This document shows positions 1 to 9,790 of a stretch of 32,000 nucleotides of DNA, in pieces; the stretch's first letter is position 1; each line of letters starts with the position of its first letter. The translations under genes were made by a program, and so were the position numbers. Origin of the DNA: Tannockella kyphosi (GTDB lineage: Bacteria > Bacillota_I > Bacilli_A > Erysipelotrichales > Coprobacillaceae); contig NZ_CP088239.1 in NCBI RefSeq assembly GCF_021054785.1, forward strand, positions 1,590,001-1,622,000, in the 5' to 3' direction. The notes beneath the pieces were generated by a model. The model searched no databases. It was not told where the DNA came from and worked only from the letters and a program-made list of their open reading frames with translations.

Positions 1-173
1 CGACACTTTCCTTTTAAAAACAAATAACTAACAAAAGGAATCAAATCATACCAAGCAATCATATGATGACAACTAGGACAATAACTTCTACCTTTAATAA
101 ATCCTATATTCTTAGGTATTCGATAAATCAATACATTCATAAAACTTCCAATTATACTCCCTACTATAAACAT
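1..173 (-). CDS. Prepilin (type IV pilin/pseudopilin) leader peptidase, A24 family; N-terminal part only, since the gene runs off the left edge
   Basis: My own minus-strand translation from the ATG at 173-171 gives MFIVGSIIGSFMNVLIYRIPKNIGFIKGRSYCPSCHHMIAWYDLIPFVSYLFLKGKC.. A TM helix followed by CPSC...KGKC cysteine pairs is typical of PilD/ComC N-termini. A GAGGTG SD lies 6 nt upstream. It is absent from the ORF track because it is truncated. Confidence 0.6.
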   Translation of the reverse strand, partial: MFIVGSIIGSFMNVLIYRIPKNIGFIKGRSYCPSCHHMIAWYDLIPFVSYLFLKGKC

Positions 174-276
174 TTATTTCACCTCTTTTTCATATATACT
201 ATTTTAAAAGGCAAATTTCTTTTCATTTTCTAATTAATTTATCACCCCTCTTCTTTTATAATAGAAAAAGAAGCTC

Positions 277-1746
277 TTAAAAAGCTTCTCTTTCTATTAC
301 AGTAGATGTTAGTTGAATACCTAAACGTTTGTATATTTGAGCATCATTATTTACAATTGGACAAGTAACATGTGCTTGACTATGTTGTAAGTCCGATAAA
401 TGTTCCATTGCTTTTTTAGCCATTGGATCATCTTTTGCACTAATTGCTAGTGCAATCAATACTTCATCACTATGTAATTGTGGGTTTTGACTACCTAAGT
501 AATCTATTTTTAATTGTTGCATTGGATCGATTGCATGAGGTGAAATTAAATGAACCTTTTTTTCAATCCCTGCTAAATACTTTACTGCATTCATTAATAA
601 AGCTGCAGATACTCCCATAAAAGGAGAAGCTTTTGCTTTGATAATCGTTCCATCACTTAATTCTAAAGCACCGGTAATACAATCTAAATTAGCACTATGT
701 TGCAATGCTTCTACAACACATTTACGTTCCTCTACTTTTATTTTAGCGTTATTCATAATTAGTTCGATTTTTTCTACTTCTTCTTTTGAACATTCATCAT
801 TTCCATATCTTTGTAAAGCATGGAAATAACGGCGAATAATTTCTTGACGAGAGGCCTCGCGACATACATCCTCTTTTTCAATACAGAATCCTGCCATATT
901 TACACCCATATCAGTTGGTGATGCATATGGACTAGCACCATATATTGCTTCAAACATTCCTTTTAATACTGGGAATATTTCAACATCACGATTATAGTTA
1001 ATTGCTACTTCATTATATGCTTCTAAATGAAAAGGATCAATTAAGTTAACATCATTTAAATCAGCAGTAGCTGCTTCATAAGCAACATTTACTTCATGAT
1101 TTAATGGAATAGACCAAATTGGGAAAGTTTCAAATTTTGCATATCCTGCTTTTACTCCTCTTATCATTTCATGATATAGCTGAGATAAGCATGTAGCCAT
1201 CTTACCACTTCCTGGTCCTGGTGCAGTTACTACAACTAATGGTTTTGTTGTTTCAATAAAATCATTTTTCCCGAAACCATCTTCACTAATTATTGCTTTT
1301 ACATCTTGAGGATATCCTTCAATTATATAATGTAAATAAACTGGGATATTTCTTTTTTCTAAACGAGCCTTAAATATATCAGCTGCTTTTTGTCCACAAT
1401 ATTTTGTAATAACAACACTACCAACATACAATCCTTTTTGACGATATACTTCAATTAAACGAATTACATCTTGATCATATGTAATCCCTAAATCACCTCT
1501 TATTTTATTTTTTTCAATATCTTGGGCACTAATAACAATCACTATTTCTGCTTGTTCTTTTAATTCTAATAACATTTGTAATTTACTATCTGGTTGAAAA
1601 CCAGGTAGTACACGAGAAGCATGGTAATCATCAAATAATTTTCCACCAAACTCTAAATATAACTTATCTCCAAATTGATTAATTCTTTCTACAATATGTT
1701 TTGATTGCATTTTTAAATACTTATTATTATCAAATCCTATTTTCAT
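277..1746 (-). CDS. DUF1846 / UPF0371 family protein, a conserved Firmicute protein of unknown function
   Basis: 489-aa ORF. The N-terminus MKIGFDNNKYLKMQSKHIVERI..GGKLFDDYHASRVLPGF and the overall length match my recollection of the UPF0371 family. The ORF is long with no competing frame. Confidence 0.75.
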   Translation of the reverse strand: MKIGFDNNKYLKMQSKHIVERINQFGDKLYLEFGGKLFDDYHASRVLPGFQPDSKLQMLLELKEQAEIVIVISAQDIEKNKIRGDLGITYDQDVIRLIEVYRQKGLYVGSVVITKYCGQKAADIFKARLEKRNIPVYLHYIIEGYPQDVKAIISEDGFGKNDFIETTKPLVVVTAPGPGSGKMATCLSQLYHEMIRGVKAGYAKFETFPIWSIPLNHEVNVAYEAATADLNDVNLIDPFHLEAYNEVAINYNRDVEIFPVLKGMFEAIYGASPYASPTDMGVNMAGFCIEKEDVCREASRQEIIRRYFHALQRYGNDECSKEEVEKIELIMNNAKIKVEERKCVVEALQHSANLDCITGALELSDGTIIKAKASPFMGVSAALLMNAVKYLAGIEKKVHLISPHAIDPMQQLKIDYLGSQNPQLHSDEVLIALAISAKDDPMAKKAMEHLSDLQHSQAHVTCPIVNNDAQIYKRLGIQLTSTVIEREAF

Positions 1747-1825
1747 AATTCCTCCTGCTTTTTTTATCTTGCCTTATTTTACAAGAAATATCGAAAGAAT
1801 GCAAAAAAAACATAAGTTTTTTTAC

Positions 1826-2722
1826 TTATGTTCTTTTCGCTTCTAAATGTTGATAAAAAGCTCCTATTAAATTAGCGTCATTACGATATTGACATACTAC
1901 TACATTTGGATATTGAATTGGATGAGCTGGTCCTTCTTTGAAAACAGTATCCAAACATTCTCCTAACAATTCCATTAATAATGGTTGCCAAGAAATACCA
2001 CCACCTATAGCTATCTTTTGAGGATCATAAAATGCTTGCATATTAAATATTTGAATTGCAATATCTAAACAAAAATCACGAATTCCTTGTTTTACTAGTT
2101 CATTACCTTGATTAGCCATTTCAAATATTTCTTTGCCATTATAAACATCTTCACATTCCAATCTTTCTTGGACACAGTGTAGTAATCCTCTTGTTCCATT
2201 ACGGTAACACCAAAAATAATTCGAATTATGAAACTCTTTATTATTCACACGTAAAGAAGAAATTTCTCCAGCTGCAAAATTACGTCCTTGATGAACTTTT
2301 TTATCTTTGATAACACATCCACCAATACCAGTTCCTAATATAATAACAACTGCATCCTCTACATCTTGCAATGAACCACAAGCTACTTCTGCAAAACCAG
2401 CACATTTTGCATCATTTCCTATTGTTACTGGTATTCCTAATGCATTTTCTAACAATTCCACAAAAGGACAGTCCACTATATAGCTTAAAGCTCCCCCAGT
2501 ATAAGCAATTCCTTTCTCCATATCAATAATACCTGGCATACTAACTGCTAACCCTACTACTTTTGGAAAAAGCTGATGTAATGATTGAATACTTATGATT
2601 AGATCTTCTAGACTTGTATAAGGAACAGGTATATCTCCTTTTTCTAGAATATCACCTGACTTAGACATATGTGCATATTTAATGGCACTACCACCAATAT
2701 CTATTACTAAATATGTTTCCAT
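1826..2722 (-). CDS. ROK-family sugar kinase
   Basis: N-terminal DIGGSAIKYA phosphate-1 motif, GTGIGG motif and ~300 aa length. The classic ROK CxCGxxGC zinc motif is not obvious, so sugar specificity is unknown. Confidence 0.75.
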   Translation of the reverse strand: METYLVIDIGGSAIKYAHMSKSGDILEKGDIPVPYTSLEDLIISIQSLHQLFPKVVGLAVSMPGIIDMEKGIAYTGGALSYIVDCPFVELLENALGIPVTIGNDAKCAGFAEVACGSLQDVEDAVVIILGTGIGGCVIKDKKVHQGRNFAAGEISSLRVNNKEFHNSNYFWCYRNGTRGLLHCVQERLECEDVYNGKEIFEMANQGNELVKQGIRDFCLDIAIQIFNMQAFYDPQKIAIGGGISWQPLLMELLGECLDTVFKEGPAHPIQYPNVVVCQYRNDANLIGAFYQHLEAKRT

Positions 2723-2790
2723 TATTTCTCCTCACTTTCTTTTCCTTATTATACTAATTATTGGATTAAAAAAAATATTTTTTCAAAAAA

Positions 2791-2820
2791 TAAAACAAAA
2801 GTTATTTAAAACTTTTGTTT
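2791..2820 (-). terminator. Intrinsic terminator after the 114-aa gene
   Basis: 10-bp perfect stem AACAAAAGTT/AACTTTTGTT (2794-2803 / 2810-2819) with the stop codon in the loop. A T-run follows on the minus strand. Confidence 0.5.
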
Positions 2821-3150
2821 ATCATTTAATGCTTTATTTGTATTTAATTGTAATTGTTCTATTTCTGTTTTCATCTTATCTACGATACCATGACCACCTA
2901 ATTGACAATAAGTAGCATATAATTCCATAAAATGCTCATAAGCATAAATAGGAATAGTTCCAACCGGTGCATATCTTTCATAATAACGAATCATCTCTGT
3001 TTCTAATAACAAAGTAATACCTGAAAAGTTAGCATCTCTAGCACGTCCTTGATTCTTTAAATACCAAACAATATAACTTAAAACAATCGGTAAACAAATA
3101 GTGTACGTAATTCGAAAAAACTCATACATCAAAATCCCTATCCTTTTCAA
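2806..3150 (-). CDS. Hypothetical membrane protein (one N-terminal TM helix, C-terminal coiled-coil-like tail), partner of the upstream holin-like gene
   Basis: 114-aa ORF that overlaps the preceding ORF. An alternative start at 3129 (MYEFF..) gives an ATGTATGA start/stop overlap. Followed by a terminator. I recognise no family. Confidence 0.4.
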   Translation of the reverse strand: MKRIGILMYEFFRITYTICLPIVLSYIVWYLKNQGRARDANFSGITLLLETEMIRYYERYAPVGTIPIYAYEHFMELYATYCQLGGHGIVDKMKTEIEQLQLNTNKALNDKQKF

Positions 3151-3382
3151 TAAACCTTGTAAAAGCTTGATGCAAACCAGTTGACGCTAATCCACTCAAA
3201 GCCCCATATATGATATTCTCTAAACTAATACCACTAACCATGCAATTCATCAAAGCACCTAATATTGATAAAATAGTAGGAATATATTTGTTTTCTACAT
3301 CCTTCACCCATTTTTTCAATACATAACCACATAACAAACAACCTAATACAATAATCATAATAATATTTTCAGTAAAATTCAT
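3122..3382 (-). CDS. Small phage-holin-family-like membrane protein
   Basis: 86 aa with two hydrophobic segments. The KYIP..ILGALMN....GALSGLASTGLHQ pattern and a charged C-terminus (EKDRDFDV) resemble phi-LC3-type holins (Phage_holin_1). This assignment is from memory only. Confidence 0.45.
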   Translation of the reverse strand: MNFTENIIMIIVLGCLLCGYVLKKWVKDVENKYIPTILSILGALMNCMVSGISLENIIYGALSGLASTGLHQAFTRFIEKDRDFDV

Positions 3383-3555
3383 TCTTTCACTCCTTTCTAT
3401 CTATAATATGTATATTTCATAGATTGTTCTAGGTTGATTGCTGTTCTTTTGAATACATTTTTATCTTTTTTATGTGAAATTTTAGACAATTAACAAAAAT
3501 ACTATGTTATTGTTCGTATTCTTGGTAATTTTTTGTGAAAAAACTGTAAAACTAA

Positions 3556-3583
3556 TTGACATCGTTAGTAGGATTGTTATAAT
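3556..3583 (+). promoter_or_regulatory. Sigma-A type promoter of the liv-like operon
   Basis: TTGACA (3556-3561), 16-nt spacer, extended -10 TGtTATAAT (3575-3583). It sits about 45 nt upstream of the SBP start codon, which has a GAGGGGAG SD. Confidence 0.5.
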
Positions 3584-3627
3584 TTAAAACAAGTATTATA
3601 TATTTATGAAATCGAGGGGAGAAAAAA

Positions 3628-4776
3628 ATGAATATTAAAAAAATTATTTCTACAGTAGCTGTTGCCTCAATGCTTGTTGGGTGTAGCACTTCTACTGATT
3701 CAGGTAGCACTGAATTAAGCGAAGGAGATACAGTTTATATTGGTTATATTGGACCATTAACTGGTAGTACTTCTTCATACGGGATTCCAGTTGCGAATTC
3801 TGTAGAATTAGCGATTGCTGATTACAATGCATCTGAAGATGCAAAATATGTATTTGAATTAATCCAAGAAGATTCAGCTGGTGATGAAACACAAGCAGTA
3901 AATGCTTATAACAGTTTAGTAGCTGATGGTGTAGTTGGTATTATTGGACCTGTATTAACAGCAGAAAGTTTAGCAGTTGCTAATGCTTCAGCTGATGATT
4001 TAACTCCAATTATTTCTTCAAGTGCTTCAGGTGACTCTGTTACTTTAGCAACAGATGGTACAACAAGAACTAACTTCTTCCGTACTTGTGCTAATGACTC
4101 ACAAGGTGGTAGTTATATTGCTTCTAAAGTAGGAGATGGAACAATCGAAGCTACTTCAGTTGCTATCTTAACTAACAGTGATAGTGATTATAGTATTGGA
4201 TGTACTGATGCATTTGTTGAACAAGCAGAAGCTGATGGTGTAGAAATCGTTTATAGCGAATCTTATCCTTCAACAACTACTGATTTCAGTACTTATATTG
4301 ATTCAATCTTAGCTAGTGGTGCTGATGCAGTATTTATTCCTGATTATTATGAAACAATCGCATTAATGGTTAATCAATTCTCTAATAGAGGATATGATGG
4401 TATTTTCTTAGGAACTGATGGATGGGATGGAGTTTTAGATATCGAAGGTGTTGATACAAGCTTATTTAATGGTTCTTATTATACAAATACATTTGATGCT
4501 CGTGTTGATGCAATCGTAGCTTATGAAGCTGATTATTTAGCAACTTATGGAAGCAGTACAAATATGTTTGGTACAATGGCTTATGATGCAACAATGATCT
4601 TAATTGCTGCTGTTGAAGCTACTGGAACTACTGATGCTGCTACAATTTGTGAAGCTTTAGCTGCTACTGATTATGACGGTATTACAGGTAACTTCCAATT
4701 TGATGATTCACATAATCCAACTAAAGATTTAGTTATTAAAACAATCACAGATGGAGCATATTCTTATTTAGATTAA
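3628..4776 (+). CDS. livJ: Branched-chain amino-acid ABC transporter substrate-binding lipoprotein (LivJ/LivK-like, Peripla_BP_6)
   Basis: Signal peptide with lipobox LVGC|S. The mature part shows the typical YIGYIGPLTG...YG start. It is the first gene of a livHMGF-type operon. Confidence 0.85.
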   Translation: MNIKKIISTVAVASMLVGCSTSTDSGSTELSEGDTVYIGYIGPLTGSTSSYGIPVANSVELAIADYNASEDAKYVFELIQEDSAGDETQAVNAYNSLVADGVVGIIGPVLTAESLAVANASADDLTPIISSSASGDSVTLATDGTTRTNFFRTCANDSQGGSYIASKVGDGTIEATSVAILTNSDSDYSIGCTDAFVEQAEADGVEIVYSESYPSTTTDFSTYIDSILASGADAVFIPDYYETIALMVNQFSNRGYDGIFLGTDGWDGVLDIEGVDTSLFNGSYYTNTFDARVDAIVAYEADYLATYGSSTNMFGTMAYDATMILIAAVEATGTTDAATICEALAATDYDGITGNFQFDDSHNPTKDLVIKTITDGAYSYLD

Positions 4777-4801
4777 TATTTTAAACAAAGCAAATGAATA
4801 T

Positions 4802-4835
4802 AAAGGAGAATTATAGTTCTCCTTTATTTTATTTT
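4802..4835 (+). terminator. Intra-operon hairpin / partial terminator between the SBP and permease genes
   Basis: AAAGGAGAA-ttatag-TTCTCCTTT, a 9-bp perfect stem (4802-4825), followed by ATTTTATTTT. Confidence 0.45.
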
Positions 4836-4850
4836 ATAGGAGGTAGAAAA

Positions 4851-5726
4851 ATGGATTTTATTGCTCAGGTTATTAATGGTCTTAGCACTGGCGGAATGTA
4901 TGCCTTAGTAGCTATCGGATATACAATGGTATATGGTATTGCTAAGATGATTAATTTTGCTCATGGTGAAATTATTATGGTTGGTGCTTATTTTGCTTAT
5001 TTTGTTTCTAGTAGGTTAGGTTTACCGGCACCTATTGCTGTTGTGTTTTCAATTGTTGGATGTGCTGTTTTAGGGATGACAATTGAGAAGGTAGCATATA
5101 AACCACTTAGAAATAGTGGTAGTTTAGCTGTATTAATTACAGCAATTGGGGTTAGTTATTTATTACAAAATGTATTTTTAATTATTTTTGGTTCTGCTTC
5201 TATATCTTTTCCAAGATTTTTAGAATCAGGGCAATTTGAATTTTTATCTTTAAAGATTTCTTATATTTCTTTATTATCATTGATTCTTACTTTTGGGTGT
5301 ACTGCTTTATTAATGTTATTTGTTAATAAGACACGTATTGGTAAAGCAATGCGTGCAGTTAGTGAAGATAAAGGTGCTGCTCAGTTAATGGGTATTAATG
5401 TAGATAATACGATATCTATTACTTTTGCTATTGGTTCTGGTTTAGGGGCTATTGCAGGGATTATTTATGGTTTAAGTTATTCTTTAATTAATCCTTATTT
5501 AGGTACTATGTTAGGAATTAAAGCATTTATTGCTGCTGTATTAGGTGGTATTGGAAATATTAAGGGAGCAATGGTTGGTGGTTTAATCATTGGTATTGCA
5601 GAAGCTTTAACTATTGCTTATGTTTCTTCTACTTTCTCAGATGCTGTGGTGTTTGGTATTTTGATATTTATTTTACTTGTTAAACCTGCTGGTTTATTTG
5701 GTAAAAATGTTAGAGATAAGGTGTAG
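4851..5726 (+). CDS. livH: Branched-chain amino-acid ABC transporter permease LivH
   Basis: MDFIAQVINGLSTGGMYALVAIGYTMVYG is the canonical LivH N-terminus. AGGAGG lies 8 nt upstream of the ATG at 4851. The track start at 4794 would run through the hairpin and is unlikely. Confidence 0.85.
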   Translation: MDFIAQVINGLSTGGMYALVAIGYTMVYGIAKMINFAHGEIIMVGAYFAYFVSSRLGLPAPIAVVFSIVGCAVLGMTIEKVAYKPLRNSGSLAVLITAIGVSYLLQNVFLIIFGSASISFPRFLESGQFEFLSLKISYISLLSLILTFGCTALLMLFVNKTRIGKAMRAVSEDKGAAQLMGINVDNTISITFAIGSGLGAIAGIIYGLSYSLINPYLGTMLGIKAFIAAVLGGIGNIKGAMVGGLIIGIAEALTIAYVSSTFSDAVVFGILIFILLVKPAGLFGKNVRDKV

Positions 5727-6707
5727 GTGATCGATATGAATAAAAGTGTAAAAAAACAATTAATTACTTCATTCTTATTTTCAATGATAGTCTATGCTAT
5801 TTTATATTATGCGATGGCTACTAAAATGATTAATAACTACTGGACAGGTATTTTAATTACAGCAATTATTAATGTTATATTAGCTTCTAGTTTAAATTTA
5901 GCTAGTGGATTTTTAGGTCAATTAACATTAGGTCATGCTGGTTTTATGTCGATTGGGGCTTATGTTTGTTCTTTATGTACATTATATTTAGGTACTCCAT
6001 TTATTTTAAATCTTATTCTTGGTTCTATTGTAGCTGGGTGTGTTGGTTTTTTAATTGGAATTCCAACATTACGTTTAAAAGGTGATTATCTTTGTATTAT
6101 TACATTAGCTTTTAATGAAATTATTCGTGTTGTTTTATTAAATATTGATATTACCAATGGAGCTAGGGGTTTATTAGTTCCTAAGGAAACTTCATTTACT
6201 GCTGTTTTCTTTAGTGCCTTGATTACTATTTATGTTATTTATTGTATTGTGAAGTCAAGACAAGGGAGAGCGATTGTTTCTATTCGTGAAGATGAGATTG
6301 CTAGTGAGTTAGCTGGTATTCCTGTTTCTTATTTTAAAACAATTACTTTTGCTATTTCAGCTTTCTTTGCAGGGTTAGCTGGTGGTTTATATGCTCATTA
6401 TATTACCATCATTACACCTTCTGTATTTGATTATAATAAGTCTGTTGAAATATTAGTAATGGTTGTTATTGGTGGATTAGGAAGTATTAAGGGAGCTATT
6501 ATAGCTGCTATTGTGATGACTGTTTTACCTGAATACTTACGTGCTTTCTCTGAGTATCGTATGTTGTTATATGCAATTGTGCTTATTGTTGCCATGATTG
6601 CAAAGGAAAAGAATTTAGTTCAAACTATTAAAATTAAATTAAATTTAGATAAATATAAATCAAAATTAGGTATATTTAAATCAAAAAAAGAGGGGGTTGA
6701 TGAATAA
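5727..6707 (+). CDS. livM: Branched-chain amino-acid ABC transporter permease LivM
   Basis: Multi-TM protein with the LNLASGFLGQLTLGHAGF motif. It abuts the livH stop. The start is GTG 5727 or ATG 5736. Confidence 0.85.
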   Translation: MIDMNKSVKKQLITSFLFSMIVYAILYYAMATKMINNYWTGILITAIINVILASSLNLASGFLGQLTLGHAGFMSIGAYVCSLCTLYLGTPFILNLILGSIVAGCVGFLIGIPTLRLKGDYLCIITLAFNEIIRVVLLNIDITNGARGLLVPKETSFTAVFFSALITIYVIYCIVKSRQGRAIVSIREDEIASELAGIPVSYFKTITFAISAFFAGLAGGLYAHYITIITPSVFDYNKSVEILVMVVIGGLGSIKGAIIAAIVMTVLPEYLRAFSEYRMLLYAIVLIVAMIAKEKNLVQTIKIKLNLDKYKSKLGIFKSKKEGVDE

Positions 6708-7471
6708 TGAGTACGTTAAAAACAATCGGCCTTGGAATTCAATTCGGTGGTTTAAAAGCAGTTGATGAGTTTGATATTGAAATTGAAGAAAAACAATTGT
6801 ATGGTTTAATTGGTCCTAATGGAGCTGGTAAAACTACTGTATTTAATTTACTTACTGGTGTTTATACTCCTACTAGTGGTCAAATCTTATTTAATGATAA
6901 ACCAATTACTAAAAAATCTCCTACTCAAATTACTCAATTAGGAATTGCTAGAACTTTCCAAAATATTCGTTTATTTAAAAAGATGACCGTAATTGATAAT
7001 GTAAAAGTTGGTTTACATCATTCTCAAAACTATAACTTATTTGATGCTATTTTCCATACACCTAGCTTTAATAAAGCAGAAAAAGAAATGGAAACAGCAG
7101 CATTAGAACTATTAAAAGTATTTGATTTAGACCAATATGCCTATTCATTAGCTTCTAATTTACCTTATGGTAAACAAAGAAAATTAGAAATTGCTCGTGC
7201 TTTAGCTACTTCACCTACTTTATTATTATTAGATGAACCTGCTGCTGGTATGAATCCTACTGAAACTGCTGAATTAATGGATACTATTCATTTAGTAAGA
7301 GATCAGTTTAAAATTTCTATTTTATTAATTGAACATGATATGAAATTAGTAATGGGTATTTGTGAAAAGATTACAGTACTAAGTTTTGGTACAGAACTAG
7401 CAACAGGTACACCTGAAGAAATTAAAAATAATCCTGATGTTATTGCAGCATATTTAGGAACGGATGAATAG
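6707..7471 (+). CDS. livG: ABC transporter ATP-binding protein LivG
   Basis: Walker A GPNGAGKTT, signature-like LPYGKQRKLE, Walker B LLLLDEP. There is a 1-nt ATGA-type overlap with livM. Confidence 0.9.
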   Translation: MSTLKTIGLGIQFGGLKAVDEFDIEIEEKQLYGLIGPNGAGKTTVFNLLTGVYTPTSGQILFNDKPITKKSPTQITQLGIARTFQNIRLFKKMTVIDNVKVGLHHSQNYNLFDAIFHTPSFNKAEKEMETAALELLKVFDLDQYAYSLASNLPYGKQRKLEIARALATSPTLLLLDEPAAGMNPTETAELMDTIHLVRDQFKISILLIEHDMKLVMGICEKITVLSFGTELATGTPEEIKNNPDVIAAYLGTDE

Positions 7472-7480
7472 GAGGATATT

Positions 7481-8182
7481 ATGTTAAAAGTTAAAAATTT
7501 AAATGTACATTATGGTGTAATTCATGCTATTCACGATGTTTCTTTTGATGTAAAGCAAGGGGAAATCGTTGCTTTAATTGGAGCGAATGGAGCTGGTAAA
7601 ACTTCTATTATGCATGCTATTAGTGGATTGTTAAAACCTACTAGTGGTGAGATTGATTTTTTAGATGAAAATATTATGAAAATTCCTGCTCATCAAATCA
7701 TTAGTAAAAAATTAGCTCAAGTACCGGAAGGAAGACGCATCTTTGCTCAGTTAACGGTAGAAGAAAACTTAGAATTAGGTGCTTATCTTCGTACGGATAA
7801 CAAAGTAGCTGAAGATATGGAACAGGTTTATAAACGTTTTCCACGTTTAAAAGAAAGACAAAATCAATTTGCTGGTACTCTTTCTGGTGGTGAACAACAA
7901 ATGTTAGCTATGGGTAGAGCATTAATGTCAAAACCGAAGCTATTATTATTAGATGAACCATCAATGGGGTTATCACCAATCTTAGTAAATGAAATATTTG
8001 ATATTATTAAAGAAATTAACGCTAGAGACGGTGTTACAGTCCTTCTAGTAGAACAAAATGCGAATAAAGCATTATCAATTGCTTCTCGTGCTTATGTTCT
8101 TGAAACTGGAGATATCACTATTTCTGGTGATGCAAATGATGTAATGAATGACCCTCGTGTTAGAGAAGCATATTTAGGTTAA
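7481..8182 (+). CDS. livF: ABC transporter ATP-binding protein LivF
   Basis: Walker A GANGAGKTS, signature LSGGEQQ, Walker B LLLLDEP, and the C-terminal REAYLG typical of LivF. Confidence 0.9.
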   Translation: MLKVKNLNVHYGVIHAIHDVSFDVKQGEIVALIGANGAGKTSIMHAISGLLKPTSGEIDFLDENIMKIPAHQIISKKLAQVPEGRRIFAQLTVEENLELGAYLRTDNKVAEDMEQVYKRFPRLKERQNQFAGTLSGGEQQMLAMGRALMSKPKLLLLDEPSMGLSPILVNEIFDIIKEINARDGVTVLLVEQNANKALSIASRAYVLETGDITISGDANDVMNDPRVREAYLG

Positions 8183-8203
8183 AAAAGTATCTTTATTTCA
8201 AAC

Positions 8204-8257
8204 AAAACCACCAAGGTAGATAAATGAGAGTTCATTTATCTACTTAGGTGGTTTTTT
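8204..8257. terminator. Bidirectional terminator between the convergent livF and LCP genes
   Basis: Long near-perfect hairpin AAACCACCAAGGTAGATAAATGA-gag-TTCATTTATCTACTTAGGTGGTTT, flanked by an A-run and a T-run. Confidence 0.6.
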
Positions 8258-9678
8258 TATTCTTCTATTTCAATTAATTCTCCATTCATCATCGCTTCAA
8301 TATAAGTAGAGATTGTATCTACTACCTCTTGATCTGGGAATACAACTGACAACTCCAAAGAGCCATAGCTATAAGTAGTAGCCGAGCCTGTTGTTCCTTC
8401 TACTTGCAAAGTTAAAAACTCCCATTCATCATTATCATCTATTTGCATTTTTAATAAAGAAATAATTTCACTTGAAGTCATATTTGTTGAAAATGATCCA
8501 TCGACTGCATCTAAAATATCCGTATAGTTTAATAAAATACTCGGTGAAATCATTTTTTCTATCATTGCTTCTAATAGTACTGTTTGATTAATTCCACGGT
8601 CAAAATCTCCATTAGGAAGAGCATAACGTTCTCTAGCAAAAGCAAGTGCTGAAAGCCCATCTAAATCATTCAATCCAATTTCAATATCATAATCTAAGTA
8701 ATTCGTAGTAAATTCATACTCAGAATATACAGTTACTCCCCCTAGTGCATCCACTAAATCAACAACAGATGTAAAATTCACTTTTACATAATAATTAATT
8801 TCAATATCTAAAAACTCTTCAATAGTTGCAACAGATTCACTAATCCCATATGTCCCTGCATGCGTCAGTTTATCATAGGAATCATAACTAGCTAGTTCTA
8901 CATAACTATCTCTTGGAATAGAAGTCATTAGAATTTGATTTGTTTCCGGATTAATTGTTAACACCATATTTACATCACTTCTAGAAACAGTATCCACACT
9001 ACCATATGTATCAATACCACTAATATAAATAGTGAAAGGTTCACTAGTAACTTCCACACTTTTTGATATATCTTCTATTTCTTCTTCTATTTCATAATTC
9101 CAAATTACTTTTGTTTCATCATCAAAATCTGGATAATCAAATTCTATGGTAGTTCGATCTGTTTCATTAAAAACTATTGCATCTACTGTCCCATCATATA
9201 AATCATTTGTTAAAGATGTAAAATCTTCATAAACAACCATTGTTGTTCCTATTTCTTGTAATTCTTCGATAACGATCGATAAATTATCAACATCCCCATT
9301 CGTATTCACCCCAATACTTAACTCTTCTAATCCTTCAATATCTTCTATACTACTATCATTTAAAACAACTACTGAAAATCCTTGAATCTGTATGGTTGTT
9401 TCTGTCATATTCTCTAACAACATTCTACTATGATATACATAGACTCCCGCTATTGCAACTATACTGGATGTAATAAAAGTAAGCACAATAACATATCGAT
9501 TCATCTTCCCTTTTTTAAAGATACCTATTTTAAAAGCTGTAAACAACACTAAAAACGCTACTACATAAATAAGATATCTAGTAGGCAAGATATTAAAAAT
9601 AACTAATTCATATAAAAACATACTATTAATCAATACTTGTACTATTATCATTATTCTCTTTATATTTTCTTTTTTCAT
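8257..9678 (-). CDS. LCP (LytR-CpsA-Psr) family cell-wall glycopolymer ligase
   Basis: N-terminal TM helices. LCP core motifs are present: MTSIPRDSYV, KLTHAGTYG, INYYVKVNFTSVVDLVDALGGV and FARERYALPNGDFDR. A long acidic insert precedes the domain. Confidence 0.85.
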   Translation of the reverse strand: MKKENIKRIMIIVQVLINSMFLYELVIFNILPTRYLIYVVAFLVLFTAFKIGIFKKGKMNRYVIVLTFITSSIVAIAGVYVYHSRMLLENMTETTIQIQGFSVVVLNDSSIEDIEGLEELSIGVNTNGDVDNLSIVIEELQEIGTTMVVYEDFTSLTNDLYDGTVDAIVFNETDRTTIEFDYPDFDDETKVIWNYEIEEEIEDISKSVEVTSEPFTIYISGIDTYGSVDTVSRSDVNMVLTINPETNQILMTSIPRDSYVELASYDSYDKLTHAGTYGISESVATIEEFLDIEINYYVKVNFTSVVDLVDALGGVTVYSEYEFTTNYLDYDIEIGLNDLDGLSALAFARERYALPNGDFDRGINQTVLLEAMIEKMISPSILLNYTDILDAVDGSFSTNMTSSEIISLLKMQIDDNDEWEFLTLQVEGTTGSATTYSYGSLELSVVFPDQEVVDTISTYIEAMMNGELIEIEE

Positions 9679-9718
9679 ATAAACACCTCATTTCATTATT
9701 CACAAAACATAGTATAAT

Positions 9719-9747
9719 AAAACACATTTTATATAAATGTGTTTTTT
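9719..9747 (-). terminator. Second hairpin terminator downstream of glgA, upstream of the LCP gene
   Basis: 11-bp perfect stem AAAACACATTT/AAATGTGTTTT with a 5-nt loop and T-rich flanks on both strands. Confidence 0.45.
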
Positions 9748-9768
9748 GTGTAATTTCATGTTAAGTAA

Positions 9769-9790
9769 AAAGCACCTATTAGGGTGCTTT
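9769..9790 (-). terminator. Intrinsic terminator overlapping the glgA stop codon
   Basis: Minus strand reads AAAGCACC-ctaata-GGTGCTTTTT. Confidence 0.5.

Noticed and set aside
3527-3543. AATTTTTTGTGAAAAAA upstream of the liv-like operon as a CodY box
   Set aside because: It aligns poorly with AATTTTCWGAAAATT, with several mismatches in the core. A/T-run symmetry is expected by chance in this composition.
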